Source: Terriglobia bacterium (lineage in GTDB: Bacteria > Acidobacteriota > Terriglobia > 20CM-2-55-15). From it: 64,000 nucleotides of DNA. A program made the position numbers and the translations under genes. The stretch is taken from positions 64,001-128,000 of the forward strand of contig CAXWPJ010000010.1 of the NCBI GenBank assembly GCA_963664115.2, given 5' to 3'. This document shows, in pieces, positions 18,824-28,731 of this stretch; positions within the stretch are counted from its first letter, which is position 1, and each line of letters opens with the position of its first letter. The notes beneath the pieces are model-generated. The model was not told where the DNA came from. It searched no databases and worked only from the letters and a program-made list of their open reading frames with translations.

Positions 18824-20425
18824 ATGTTTCCATCCATTATTCGCCACATTTTGTTCGCTCTAGTCCTCATCGCTCCCAATATATCGATAGCGGGGGCGCA
18901 GGACGGCGAGACTCCCCAACTGCCTGATGTTTTCAACGACCCGCTGCCGCTCTACACGAAAGCCCTTGGAAACTTTACCCGTCCGATCTCTTCGACCAAC
19001 CCGGAAGCACAAGCATATTTTGATCAGGGTTATCAGATGATGTACGCCTTTGCCACAGAGGATGCCGCCCGGTCGTTCCGGGAGTCGTGGAAACGTGATC
19101 CGGACTGTGCGATCTGTTACTGGGGAGAGGCCTGGGCGTGGGGCTCCTATCTCAACCGCCCGATGCCGCCATCCGAGGCCCCGCACGCCTACACCGCTAT
19201 CCGGAAAGCGCTCGACCTCGCGGACGATCATGCCGACGGTAGAGAAAAGGATTTGATCGAAGCGATGTCCCTACGTTATATCGAGGACTTTGATCCCGAA
19301 AGACGCCTCGAATACGTACAGGCCTATGCCGAGGCGATGCGGCCGCTCTATGAAAAGTATCCGGATGATCTCGATATCGCGACCCACTATGCGGATGCGC
19401 TTTTCCTCCTGGAACCCCGCCGTGGTACCCGGGACCTCGACGATCCCAACGTAATGCGGCTTCACGGTGTGCTGGAGGGCATTCTGGCCACGGACATCCG
19501 GCACACGGGCGCATGTCATCTCTACATCCACGCCACCGAGTCAACCGCTGACCCGGGGAAGGCGGAGGCCTGCGCCGAGTACATCGGGAGCTCGATACCC
19601 GGCGCGAGCCACATCAACCACATGCCGTCGCACACCTGGAATGAAATCGGCCGATGGGGGGATGCGGTCCGCGCCAACATCCAGGCCTGGCACTCGGACC
19701 TGAAAGCGCCCATCGGAGAAGGGTTCGCGATCTACCCCGAGCACAACCTGCACATGCTGCTATTCGCCGGGTCGATGGACGGGCAGGGTGCCATCGCCAT
19801 TCAGGCCGGCAGAGACTACGCCAAGCTGGCGGAAACGAACATGTACCATGTCCTGACGCTGGTCCGGTTCGGCCGGTTCGACGAAATTCTGGAGATCACC
19901 GAGCGTCCCGAGACGGGGATCTATGCCGGCATGTGGAATTTCGCGCAGGGTTATGCGCGTCTTCGTATGGACGAGATCGACTTCGCGCGAGCGTACCTGA
20001 ACCGCGTACTTGAAAGCGCACAATCCGACGCGAATTTTCGGCGTCATTCGGCCGAGCAGCTTTTGGGAACGGTTGCGGGCATCCTTGAAGGAGAGATTCA
20101 TCGCGCGGAAGGCGATCTCGAAGCGGCGATTGTTGCCTTCCAACGCGCGGTTCTCATCGAGGACGCACTCGAGTACGACGAGCCCGAGCCCCTGCCTTTT
20201 GCCGCCCGTCACTGGCTGGGGGCAGCGCTTCTTGAACAGGGGAGATACCCCGATGCGGAACGCGTCTACCGCGAAGAACTCGAAGACCACCCTCACAACG
20301 GATGGTCGCTGTTTGGCCTGAAAGCCGCGCTCGAAGCCCAGGGCCGGACATCTCAAGACGTTGATGCCGACTTCGAGGCCAGCTGGGCAAGATCGGACAC
20401 CTGGATTACGGGGTCGAGGTTTTAA
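18824..20425 (+). CDS. Secreted TPR-repeat protein with a His-rich conserved core
   Basis: Signal peptide; AQAYFDQG, HLYIHA, HINHMPSH and HPHNGWSLFGL; GGAGG before ATG 18824. Confidence 0.82.
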   Translation: MFPSIIRHILFALVLIAPNISIAGAQDGETPQLPDVFNDPLPLYTKALGNFTRPISSTNPEAQAYFDQGYQMMYAFATEDAARSFRESWKRDPDCAICYWGEAWAWGSYLNRPMPPSEAPHAYTAIRKALDLADDHADGREKDLIEAMSLRYIEDFDPERRLEYVQAYAEAMRPLYEKYPDDLDIATHYADALFLLEPRRGTRDLDDPNVMRLHGVLEGILATDIRHTGACHLYIHATESTADPGKAEACAEYIGSSIPGASHINHMPSHTWNEIGRWGDAVRANIQAWHSDLKAPIGEGFAIYPEHNLHMLLFAGSMDGQGAIAIQAGRDYAKLAETNMYHVLTLVRFGRFDEILEITERPETGIYAGMWNFAQGYARLRMDEIDFARAYLNRVLESAQSDANFRRHSAEQLLGTVAGILEGEIHRAEGDLEAAIVAFQRAVLIEDALEYDEPEPLPFAARHWLGAALLEQGRYPDAERVYREELEDHPHNGWSLFGLKAALEAQGRTSQDVDADFEASWARSDTWITGSRF

Positions 20426-20609
20426 GCGGCAAGGTTAGCCCTATTCCAACGCAGCCCCAACTCCGGCCCGAATCAACGTCGCCGAAACTGGTGCGAACAT
20501 TGCAGGAACGCGTGCCGGTGCTGCATGGGTTAAGCGCTGGCTGAACCAGCATTTCACACAATTCGCAGGCAGGAGGAATTCCCTCTCTCGGGCCCGAGGG
20601 CCGGGCGGC

Positions 20610-20990
20610 TCAATCTGGAAGGGCGTCTTTGGGCGAGCGGTAAACGCAAACGGATCGAACACGGGTCGTGATAATTGTGTCTTCACTCGATACGATTTCC
20701 AGACTGAAGCCAACATAGATGCCACCGAGCTTCAGAAACCCTCCACCCAGCGAACTGCCTGCAAGATGGGCGCGTGTTTTTTCTGGAAAGAAACGACCGC
20801 CTCGAACGAGGATTTGCCGGGAGAACCCATCGATGGCGGTGATCTCATAAATACTGTTGCGCGTCTGAACATGAATCTCTGTGAAATCATCCACAGACTC
20901 TAACTGGAGTCCGTCGCTCCAGTCATGGTTCACCCACGTGTCAAGAATGCGGGAGGCAGGGTAGGTGCCCGTGTCATTCATGTTTCCCAT
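20610..20990 (-). CDS. Hypothetical protein (126 aa)
   Basis: Natural-looking composition (VQTRNSIYEI, VRGGRFFP, GSSLGG). Confidence 0.7.
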   Translation of the reverse strand: MGNMNDTGTYPASRILDTWVNHDWSDGLQLESVDDFTEIHVQTRNSIYEITAIDGFSRQILVRGGRFFPEKTRAHLAGSSLGGGFLKLGGIYVGFSLEIVSSEDTIITTRVRSVCVYRSPKDALPD

Positions 20991-21527
20991 CCGCTATGTT
21001 TACTATCCTCTATCGCAATTTTATCAGCCCGCCTGCCCAGCAGGCTCGGCAATTCGAAGTTCAGAAAGAGTTTGCCCGCGGGTCTGGGCCTTGGCCGATA
21101 TCGCGCTCATAGAAATCGCCAATACAAGTCCGACGTAAGTGGGAGTAGAGTTCATAGCTCTTTTAACAAGATAATCCGGTGACCGCTGGATCGTAAAGAT
21201 AAATCTCTCCCGGAAGTCTTTGTACTGGGTCAATCCACGGCAGGATCGTTTTCGCTTCGGAATCCATTCGGCACGCATCTTGCAGTTTGACGTTCGCAGC
21301 TTGACGTGCTCGCTTGCCCGGACGCCGGGCAACAACATGATGGACCAGTGGGGTGCGGATGAAAAACACTTGTGTTTCTTTGAGAACTGAAGTAACACGC
21401 ACTTCAATCCACCTTCTTGTCGAAGGGCCGGCGATCTATAGCGAGCCATGAGGAAGAACGTTTTTACGTCAATGTCATAGTACATCTGGTTGTATAAGGG
21501 ACTGGGTTTCAGAATAGAAAGCGAGGA

Positions 21528-21977
21528 ATGAAATTTATGGCGAAAACGACGATACGAGTTGCCTTGTCGCTGACTCTGGGCTTGTGGGTAGCTTCAACGC
21601 CGACGTTTGCACACCACGGAAGAGCAGGCACGTACGCCGGCGCAGAACCGGTAACCTCAGAAGCAACAGTAATTCGTTTCGACTATAAAAATCCTCATGT
21701 GCGAATCTATTTTGAAACCAGGGACGATAACGGCGACGTCACGCGCTGGAGTGGGGAAATGGCAAACATATCCCAATTTGTCAGAGCCGGCTGGACTAAG
21801 GTGCGTATGGAAGAACAGTTACAAGCGGAAACAATACTTACATTTACCTACGTGCCATCCACTGTGCCCTATTCTCCCGGCGACACCCGCGAGTCGATCG
21901 TAATGAGGATGATCAATGCGGACAACGAAGTCGTCGGTTTGGTGCGCGGAGGACTGGCCGAGGCGTTGGCGCCGTAG
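21528..21977 (+). CDS. DUF6152-like secreted protein
   Basis: Signal peptide ending AHH; F.YKNPHV and W.GEM motifs. Confidence 0.75.
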   Translation: MKFMAKTTIRVALSLTLGLWVASTPTFAHHGRAGTYAGAEPVTSEATVIRFDYKNPHVRIYFETRDDNGDVTRWSGEMANISQFVRAGWTKVRMEEQLQAETILTFTYVPSTVPYSPGDTRESIVMRMINADNEVVGLVRGGLAEALAP

Positions 21978-22037
21978 CTTCGAACTCATTTGTTCTCGAG
22001 TGTCCACAACATCTGAATTCGCAACGAGGGTATTACA

Positions 22038-22937
22038 ATGCGCGGTTTCTTCACGATTTTGATGGGCTTGTTTGGCGTTTTGATCGTCGTGTCGGCCACA
22101 CCTGTAGAGGGTCGTCAGAGCGCCGATCGGCCGACGGCGAGCTCGACGGATTCGGATACGTTCGATCCCCGGGACTTCTCTGGAGTTTGGGGCCGTTTTG
22201 GAGGACGCGAAGGACGCGGGAATGCCCAGGGCGGCGCCCCATTCCCAGAAAAGGGAGACGATGGCTTCGGGATTGAAGTACCCCCCTTTACACCAGAAGG
22301 ACAAGCGAAGTTCGACAGCTATAAGCCCGGCTACGGTCGGCCCCTGGGCAGCGCGGCCGCTGCGGCTCGACCCGACGAACATATCGGCCGTCGTAGAGCC
22401 GTCCCTCCAGCAGAACAAAACGATCCCGCGTCCCTCTGCTCGCCATACGGCGTCACACGCCTCATCCTGACCAGTTATTTCTCCACGGTTGAGTTCGTTC
22501 ACGCAAGTGACAGGATCATCCAGAACTTCGCGTGGATGAAGGACTTCCGAAACATTTGGACGGACGGACGGGAGCTTCCCACGGAAATAGATCTTCCGAA
22601 TTGGAACGGCTACTCGATTGGCCGCTGGGAGGGAGACACGCTCGTCGTCGAGTCATACGGCTTCGAAGAAAGCACCTGGCTGGATCGCTATGGCTATCCA
22701 CATAGCGGCGAAATGAGGTTGGAAGAGCGCTACCGTCGAATCGCCACGGACCGGTTGGAGCTCATTATGACCGTCACCGATCCGCTGATATATACCGAAC
22801 CCTGGGTCAGCGGACGCAAAGTCTTCCGGAAACTGGCGAGAGAAGAATCGAGCATCAACGGATGGTACGAGCTTTTCGACGAACGATGCGTACCGGTGGA
22901 CGAGATCGATTTCAACGAAAACGTTCGCGCGGGCTAG
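22038..22937 (+). CDS. Secreted hypothetical protein, partner of the DUF6152-like gene
   Basis: Signal peptide; DFSGVW, DP...C.P.G, R.IWTDGR, GYSIGRWEGDTLVVES and DP.IYTEPW. Confidence 0.8.
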   Translation: MRGFFTILMGLFGVLIVVSATPVEGRQSADRPTASSTDSDTFDPRDFSGVWGRFGGREGRGNAQGGAPFPEKGDDGFGIEVPPFTPEGQAKFDSYKPGYGRPLGSAAAAARPDEHIGRRRAVPPAEQNDPASLCSPYGVTRLILTSYFSTVEFVHASDRIIQNFAWMKDFRNIWTDGRELPTEIDLPNWNGYSIGRWEGDTLVVESYGFEESTWLDRYGYPHSGEMRLEERYRRIATDRLELIMTVTDPLIYTEPWVSGRKVFRKLAREESSINGWYELFDERCVPVDEIDFNENVRAG

Positions 22938-23026
22938 AAGGGAACGGACAGTTCCGGCGAAACGCACTAGCCAGGCCACAATGTTGCATGAAGTGTCCGT
23001 CCCTTGCCTGAAGTATCCGTCCCCTT
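22938..23026. repeat. Degenerate copies of the REP-like arm
   Basis: TGAAGTGTCCGTCCCTT and TGAAGTATCCGTCCCCTT between convergent genes. Confidence 0.6.
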
Positions 23027-23027
23027 A

Positions 23028-24830
23028 CTACACACGCAGCAATTCTCCGCCGCTCTGCACGGCCCATAGATCCGAGTATGTGCCTCCGTGAGTGACCAGT
23101 TCGTCGTGGCTTCCCTCTTCTTCAACCTGACCATCCCGGATGACAACGATACGGTCGGCCTTGCGGATCGTGCTGAGGCGATGCGCGATGACCAGCGCCG
23201 TCCGGCCGGCTGTCAGCTCTTCAAGGTTCTGTTGAATCATGCGCTCGGTCTCGGTGTCGACACTGCTTGTGGCTTCGTCCAACACCAGGATCGGTGCATT
23301 CTTCAATAGGGCGCGGGCGATGCTCAAGCGCTGCCTTTGGCCGCCCGACAGTTTGATACCGCGCTCGCCCACAAGCGTTTCGTATCCCTCAGGCAGGCTG
23401 GCCACGAAATCGTGGAGCTGGGCGTGACCCGAGGCCTCGATGACCTGCTCGATCGGCACGTCGATACCCGGGTAGGCGATGTTTTCGCGAATCGTACCGT
23501 GGAACAGAAACACGTCCTGGCTTACCAGTGCGATCTGCTGCCGCAAGTCGTGCTGACTCAGTTCCCGTACGTCGATACCGTCAATTCGTATGGCACCCTC
23601 GTTCACGTCATAGAGGCGCAACAGCAGCTTCACCAGCGTGCTCTTGCCCGCACCTGTGGTACCCGCAATTCCGACCATCTCTCCAGCCCTGATGGTTAGC
23701 GACAGGCCGTTCAGTACAGGAGCACGGTCCCCATAGCGGAAGAACACCTTGTCGAACCGGACATCGCCGCGCGCACGCTCCATACGGGCGGGGTGTTCCG
23801 GATCCCGCACCGTGCTCGGTGTATCCAGCAACCCGAAGATCCGTCTGGCGCTGGCTTTCGCCCTCTGATATTCATCGAAAGTCTGGCCCAACCGTGTCAA
23901 CGGCCACAACAGTCGCTGAATCATCATGCAGAACAACACAAGCTCGCCGGCAGTCAGCGTTTCCCGCATGACGAACCACCCGCCCAAGATAATTATCGCC
24001 GCGAACCCCAGAGCGATTCCCATACGGATGATCGGGACGAATATCGCGGTCAGCTTGATCGCATCGTAATTGGCCTTCCGGTAGCCCTCGCTGGCGGACT
24101 CGACCCGGTCTGCCTCGTAACGCTCAGCCGTAAACGATTTGATGACCGTCATGCCGCCGATGTTGTTCTCTAAACGCGAAGCGACATCGCCCACGCTTGC
24201 GCGCACCTTGCGGTACCGCGGCTCAAGAATGCGGGAAAATTTCAGGCTACCCAGGACGATGATAGGCAGCGGTAGCATGCCCAAGGCCGCAAGGCCGGGA
24301 CTGATGCTGAACAATACGGCGCCGGCAAACAACACCAACACGCAAAGCTGTACGATTTCGTTGAAGGCATTGTTGAGAAACCGCTCAAGCTGATTGACGT
24401 CGTCGTTGAGCATGGCCAGGGTTTGGCCCAGACGTTGCTCTTCAAAGAAGCGAATCTCCCTGGACTGCATGCGACTGTAAGCGTCCACACGCAGACGGTG
24501 CTGTGCGTCCTGCGCGATCGTCATGAACCCGTAGGCGTATCCCCATTGGGACAGGCTCTCCACACCGAAAATCAAGACCGTCAGGATCGCGACAAACACG
24601 ATCTGAGGAAACATCTCGGTCAGTCCAAAGCCGGACATCCAGGCCGGGGCGTTGCCGGTGACACTGTCAATCAGCCAGGCCACAAGGATCGGTGGCGCCA
24701 GGTCGAACACTTTGTTCACCACGGAGAAACCGACGGAAGCGGACAGGCGGCCCCGCATGGGACCCAGGTATGAAAACAGCCGGCGCATGGGACGGGTCGC
24801 CGGTTGTAATAGAAGCGTAGTATCAGTCAT
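23028..24830 (-). CDS. ABC exporter, fused permease/ATPase (MsbA-like)
   Basis: TM domain; GTTGAGKST, LSGGQRQR, LDEATS and AHRLST. Confidence 0.95.
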   Translation of the reverse strand: MTDTTLLLQPATRPMRRLFSYLGPMRGRLSASVGFSVVNKVFDLAPPILVAWLIDSVTGNAPAWMSGFGLTEMFPQIVFVAILTVLIFGVESLSQWGYAYGFMTIAQDAQHRLRVDAYSRMQSREIRFFEEQRLGQTLAMLNDDVNQLERFLNNAFNEIVQLCVLVLFAGAVLFSISPGLAALGMLPLPIIVLGSLKFSRILEPRYRKVRASVGDVASRLENNIGGMTVIKSFTAERYEADRVESASEGYRKANYDAIKLTAIFVPIIRMGIALGFAAIIILGGWFVMRETLTAGELVLFCMMIQRLLWPLTRLGQTFDEYQRAKASARRIFGLLDTPSTVRDPEHPARMERARGDVRFDKVFFRYGDRAPVLNGLSLTIRAGEMVGIAGTTGAGKSTLVKLLLRLYDVNEGAIRIDGIDVRELSQHDLRQQIALVSQDVFLFHGTIRENIAYPGIDVPIEQVIEASGHAQLHDFVASLPEGYETLVGERGIKLSGGQRQRLSIARALLKNAPILVLDEATSSVDTETERMIQQNLEELTAGRTALVIAHRLSTIRKADRIVVIRDGQVEEEGSHDELVTHGGTYSDLWAVQSGGELLRV

Positions 24831-24858
24831 TAGATATTTTTAATCGACTCTAGGAGCT

Positions 24859-24885
24859 TGCATCTTTTTCGGCCCTTCCGCGTCT
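24859..24885 (+). promoter_or_regulatory. Candidate ECF-type promoter (TGCATC-N16-CGTCT)
   Basis: ECF-like -10 element (CGTC) upstream of the VOC-sigZ pair; inferred only. Confidence 0.35.
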
Positions 24886-24937
24886 CTGCTATTGAGAAAA
24901 CAAACGTGTCTTCTTGACTTGAAGGAGGATCGAAGAA

Positions 24938-25432
24938 ATGCACGAGCACACTAAGTCCGCGATTGACTTTAAAGGCAACTCACGCATCCACATCGGCCTT
25001 GCCGTGAGCGACATGGACAGCGCCAAACGATTCTACCAGACCCTCCTTGGCCACGCCCCGGCCAAAGAGCGCCGTGGATACGTCAAGTTCGAGACTGAGG
25101 ACCCCTCTGTCAACTTGTCCTTGAATCAAGTAGAAGGTGGGGCCGGGCTGAAAGACAAGCTACCAGCCCACTATGGGATTCAGGTCCAGTCTTCAGACGC
25201 AGTCATTGAAGCGGTCGAGCGCTTCAAGAAGGCAGGGCTGGATGTTAGAGTCGAAGAGAGGACTACCTGCTGCTACGCGGTACAGGACAAGGTCTGGACA
25301 CATGATCCGGACGGAAACCAGTGGGAAGTCTTCGTCGTCACAGATGCTGATGCGGAATCGGGAATGGACTCCGGCTCTGCATGCTGCCAGAGGGAGGATG
25401 AGACAGCGAGTCCGTGCTGTGCCCCTTCGTAA
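24938..25432 (+). CDS. ArsI/CadI-family VOC metalloenzyme
   Basis: RIHIGL, HYGIQV, TTCCYAVQDKVW and DPDGNQWEVF. Confidence 0.88.
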   Translation: MHEHTKSAIDFKGNSRIHIGLAVSDMDSAKRFYQTLLGHAPAKERRGYVKFETEDPSVNLSLNQVEGGAGLKDKLPAHYGIQVQSSDAVIEAVERFKKAGLDVRVEERTTCCYAVQDKVWTHDPDGNQWEVFVVTDADAESGMDSGSACCQREDETASPCCAPS

Positions 25433-25465
25433 TTTTCACAGGCAGCCCGTGCGCGCGAGGTATAT

Positions 25466-26095
25466 ATGACAACGACGATCGCCACCGAGGAAGTCTGGGA
25501 GCTTCTGAGCACTCGACTCGGACGTTTCATCCGCGCGCGCGTCGAAGACGACCCGACTGCGTCGGATTTATTGCAGGAAACGTTTCTGCGGATCCATAAG
25601 AAGTTGGGAACGCTTGAAGATGAGGAACGCTTGCCGGCATGGGTGTTTCAGATCGCGCGCAATGTGATCGCAGATCACTACAGGTCAAAGAAAAGCCCCT
25701 CTAGCCTGGCCATGTATCCGCCGCCACGACCGGAATCCGAAAATCTCAATGAAATCATTTCCGGGTGGATTCCCGGCGCGATCGAGAGTCTTCCGGAATC
25801 TTACCGTGATGCCGTAACACTCTATGAACTGGAAGATCTGCCACAAAAAGAAATCGCACAGCAGCTCGGTCTATCTTTGAGTGCCGTAAAATCGCGAGTC
25901 CGTCGCGGACGGGAGAAGCTTAAACAAGTACTGAACGACTGTTGTGCGTTCGAGTTGGACCGCCGGGGCAACGTGCTCGATTGGCAGGTCCGTAACGGGG
26001 CCGACTGTGGCTCCTGTTCCGATCCGACTTCTGCCGGATCAGATCGGATTGGCCTTGAAAGCACACGATCGAATCGCGATTCTAACCGGCAATAA
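25466..26095 (+). CDS. sigZ: ECF sigma factor, SigZ-like
   Basis: DLLQETFLRIH, AWVFQIARN and KSRVRRGR; C-terminal CC..D.RGN tail. Confidence 0.85.
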   Translation: MTTTIATEEVWELLSTRLGRFIRARVEDDPTASDLLQETFLRIHKKLGTLEDEERLPAWVFQIARNVIADHYRSKKSPSSLAMYPPPRPESENLNEIISGWIPGAIESLPESYRDAVTLYELEDLPQKEIAQQLGLSLSAVKSRVRRGREKLKQVLNDCCAFELDRRGNVLDWQVRNGADCGSCSDPTSAGSDRIGLESTRSNRDSNRQ

Positions 26096-26180
26096 GACGT
26101 CTTCCTGGTTTAAAAGCAACAACGGACGATTGCTGCTTGCCGAGTTTCATCACCTCTGATACGATCCTCTCGTTTTTAAC

Positions 26181-26340
26181 GTCGACAGGCGCCCGCCGAT
26201 AGGGGACGGGCAGCAAGAGGGAAGCGGGTGCCAATCCCGCACGGTCGCGCCACTGTGATCAGCGAGCGCTCCGGAATCAAAAGTCGAAACCCAGACTTCC
26301 GGTAGCGCGATGACCTGTAAGTCAGGAACCTGCCTTCGAC
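26181..26340 (+). ncRNA. Cobalamin riboswitch
   Basis: AAGAGGGAAGCGGGTG..AATCCCGCACGGTCGCGCCACTGT and the B12 box AAGTCAGGAACCTGCC; closing GTCGA/TCGAC stem; upstream of cobU. Confidence 0.93.
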
Positions 26341-26471
26341 AGATACGACTCACGGAGAGCTTCGCAAGAAAGCGCCGGGTCGGTACGAAGGTCGGTTTCC
26401 CAACCGCCTCACCCACCTAGTCCTTCCGGACGAAGCCCCCAGAAAATCTACACCTTGAGGTGACCATTAGG

Positions 26472-27011
26472 ATGCTAACCCTCGTTACCGGTGGCGCGCG
26501 TAGCGGTAAGAGCCGTTTCGCCCAGTCGCTGTGTTCCCCGGCGGCTCGGACCTGCTTTCTCGCCACAGCCAGAGTGGAAGACGAGGAAATGCGGCGCCGG
26601 GTCCAGCAACACCGGACCGATCGCCCTCCCGGCTGGACCACGGTCGAGGAACCTCTCGGGATCTCGAAGGCGGCGCTCGGGCTGAAGGGCCAGGTGGACG
26701 TCATTCTGCTCGACTGCCTCACGCTCTGGACCAGCAATCTCCTCCTGAAAATGTCCGATGCGCCGCTTGAGCGCGTTGAAACAGCGGCGTTTCGTGAGCT
26801 GGACGCACTCATCGATCAGGCCAAAGAAACGCGAATGGTTCTGGTCACGAACGAAGTCGGCTCAGGCATTGTTCCCGAATCAGCCCTGGGCCGCCATTTC
26901 CGCGATCTGCACGGCTGGATCAATCAGCGCGTCGCGGCCCAGGCCAACGAAGTCTATTTGATGGTTTCTGGCGTGGGGCTGCGAGTCAAGTCCGACACGG
27001 AGCAAGCATGA
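26472..27011 (+). CDS. cobU: Adenosylcobinamide kinase/guanylyltransferase
   Basis: GGARSGKSRFA, LLDCLTLW and NEVGSGIVP. Confidence 0.95.
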   Translation: MLTLVTGGARSGKSRFAQSLCSPAARTCFLATARVEDEEMRRRVQQHRTDRPPGWTTVEEPLGISKAALGLKGQVDVILLDCLTLWTSNLLLKMSDAPLERVETAAFRELDALIDQAKETRMVLVTNEVGSGIVPESALGRHFRDLHGWINQRVAAQANEVYLMVSGVGLRVKSDTEQA

Positions 27012-27922
27012 CTTGCAATCGCTTTGGTCTGATCGTGACTCATCGGGCGTGGGTTCTGCCGCTGGCACTGAATCTGTTGACCGCTTGTGGAGCCCAACCG
27101 GTGGAGAAACTCGTTGAATCGGTCCCGAACCCCGCTCGCATTGTTTCTCTGACTCCCGCAGCGACTGAGATTCTCTTTGGACTCGGAGTGTTCGATCGGG
27201 TTGTCGGAATTTCGGACTACTGCACCTACCCCCCGCAAGTGGATACCTTGCCTCGTTTGGGAAGCTGGCAAGACGCGGATTTGGAACGGCTGACGCGCCT
27301 GGCTCCCGATCTGGTTGTGACCGGCGGCGTCGAATCCTCCATCCTGTCCGGCCAATTAGCTGCTCTGGAGATTCCCACGGTAACGATCGCAGTCGACACA
27401 CTGGACGACGTCTTCCGTAACATCGAGCGCATCGGTCTTGTGGTCGGACGTTCCGATCGTGCGAGGGCGCTGGCGGAAGAAACACAAGCTGAGCTCGGAG
27501 ACATCCGGACGGATGTTCAAGGAGTGGACCGACCCCGCGTGCTGGTGGTCGTGGATCGAATTCCGGGCACCCTCAGAAGCATCTACACGGTCAGCGAAGA
27601 TAGTTTCCTTGCCGAGCTCATTCAAATAGCAGGAGGCGAGCCCGTTCAGGTGACGAACGCGATCGGCGGCTACGCGCAGGTCAGTCTCGAGGCATTGGTG
27701 TACCTGGACCCGGAAATCATCATCGACATGATTCAGGGTGTGCCCGGCCGGTTTAGGGAAAACTCGATGGAGGTTTGGGGGCAGATTCCCAACCTTAGGG
27801 CGGTTCAAACAGGGCGGGTGCATCCCATACGGGACACATCGGTACTGCATCCCTCTCAAAGAGTATCCGTGACGGCCCGTCGTTTCGCCGAAATCATTCA
27901 TCCCGAAGTGTTCCAACAATGA
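27008..27922 (+). CDS. btuF: Corrinoid ABC transporter substrate-binding lipoprotein
   Basis: LTAC lipobox; RIVSLTPAATEILF; operon context. Confidence 0.85.
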   Translation: MTCNRFGLIVTHRAWVLPLALNLLTACGAQPVEKLVESVPNPARIVSLTPAATEILFGLGVFDRVVGISDYCTYPPQVDTLPRLGSWQDADLERLTRLAPDLVVTGGVESSILSGQLAALEIPTVTIAVDTLDDVFRNIERIGLVVGRSDRARALAEETQAELGDIRTDVQGVDRPRVLVVVDRIPGTLRSIYTVSEDSFLAELIQIAGGEPVQVTNAIGGYAQVSLEALVYLDPEIIIDMIQGVPGRFRENSMEVWGQIPNLRAVQTGRVHPIRDTSVLHPSQRVSVTARRFAEIIHPEVFQQ

Positions 27923-28731
27923 ACTCTCGAATGGACACGGCGAAAGACTCTGGTCCGATGTTCACGCTGTCGGACGTCTCCTTCAACTACGCCGCGGGTC
28001 GAACTGGAGTGCGCGATGTATCTCTCCGGATTCCCGCGGGGGCCCTGGTCGCTGTGATCGGGGCCAATGGCAGTGGAAAGTCAACGCTCCTGCGTCTGAT
28101 CGCAGGGATTCTCAGCCCTCAAAAAGGAACCATTCTGCTTGGCGGACGCGACCCGCTCAGACGCACGCGGGCCTTGGCCAGGCGAATCGCTTACGTTCCT
28201 CAAACACACGACATCGTCTTTCCTTTCCCGGTACTGGATGTCGTTCTTGCAGGACGGGCTCCGCACACCTCACGCTTCCGCTTCGAAACAGACGAAGACC
28301 GCAGGATCGCTCTCACATGCCTCCGCGAGGTCGGCGTGGATCATCTCGCCCACCGACCGGTCACCGAACTCTCCGTCGGCGAACGGCAGCTTGTTTCCAT
28401 TGCACGTGGGCTGGCACAACAACCCGAATGCCTGCTTCTGGACGAACCCACGGCGGCTCTGGATTTGACGCACAGATGGCGGGTCATAAGGATCGTGCAG
28501 CGCCTGCGATCCGACCGCCGGCTGACCACACTGTTTGTGACTCATGATGTGGAGTCGCTCGATGAGTCCTTCGATCAGGTCATTGCGATGCAGTCGGGAG
28601 CCATTGTTGCAGTGGGCACGCCATCAAGCGTCATCCGGCAAGACAGGTTGAGGCAGATCTATGGGGATTCGACCCTGGCCACGCGGCGTATCGAAGGGAG
28701 GACCTTCATATGGTCGAGGCCGGACGCATGA
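27919..28731 (+). CDS. btuD: Corrinoid ABC transporter ATPase
   Basis: GANGSGKST, LSVGERQ and LLDEPT. Confidence 0.85.
   Translation: MNSRMDTAKDSGPMFTLSDVSFNYAAGRTGVRDVSLRIPAGALVAVIGANGSGKSTLLRLIAGILSPQKGTILLGGRDPLRRTRALARRIAYVPQTHDIVFPFPVLDVVLAGRAPHTSRFRFETDEDRRIALTCLREVGVDHLAHRPVTELSVGERQLVSIARGLAQQPECLLLDEPTAALDLTHRWRVIRIVQRLRSDRRLTTLFVTHDVESLDESFDQVIAMQSGAIVAVGTPSSVIRQDRLRQIYGDSTLATRRIEGRTFIWSRPDA

Noticed and set aside
20991-21527. 153-aa ORF 21024..21485, or a c-di-GMP riboswitch around GGGCAAAC
   Set aside because: The ORF has no recognisable motif or RBS, and the downstream riboswitch consensus is missing. Treated as a divergent intergenic region.
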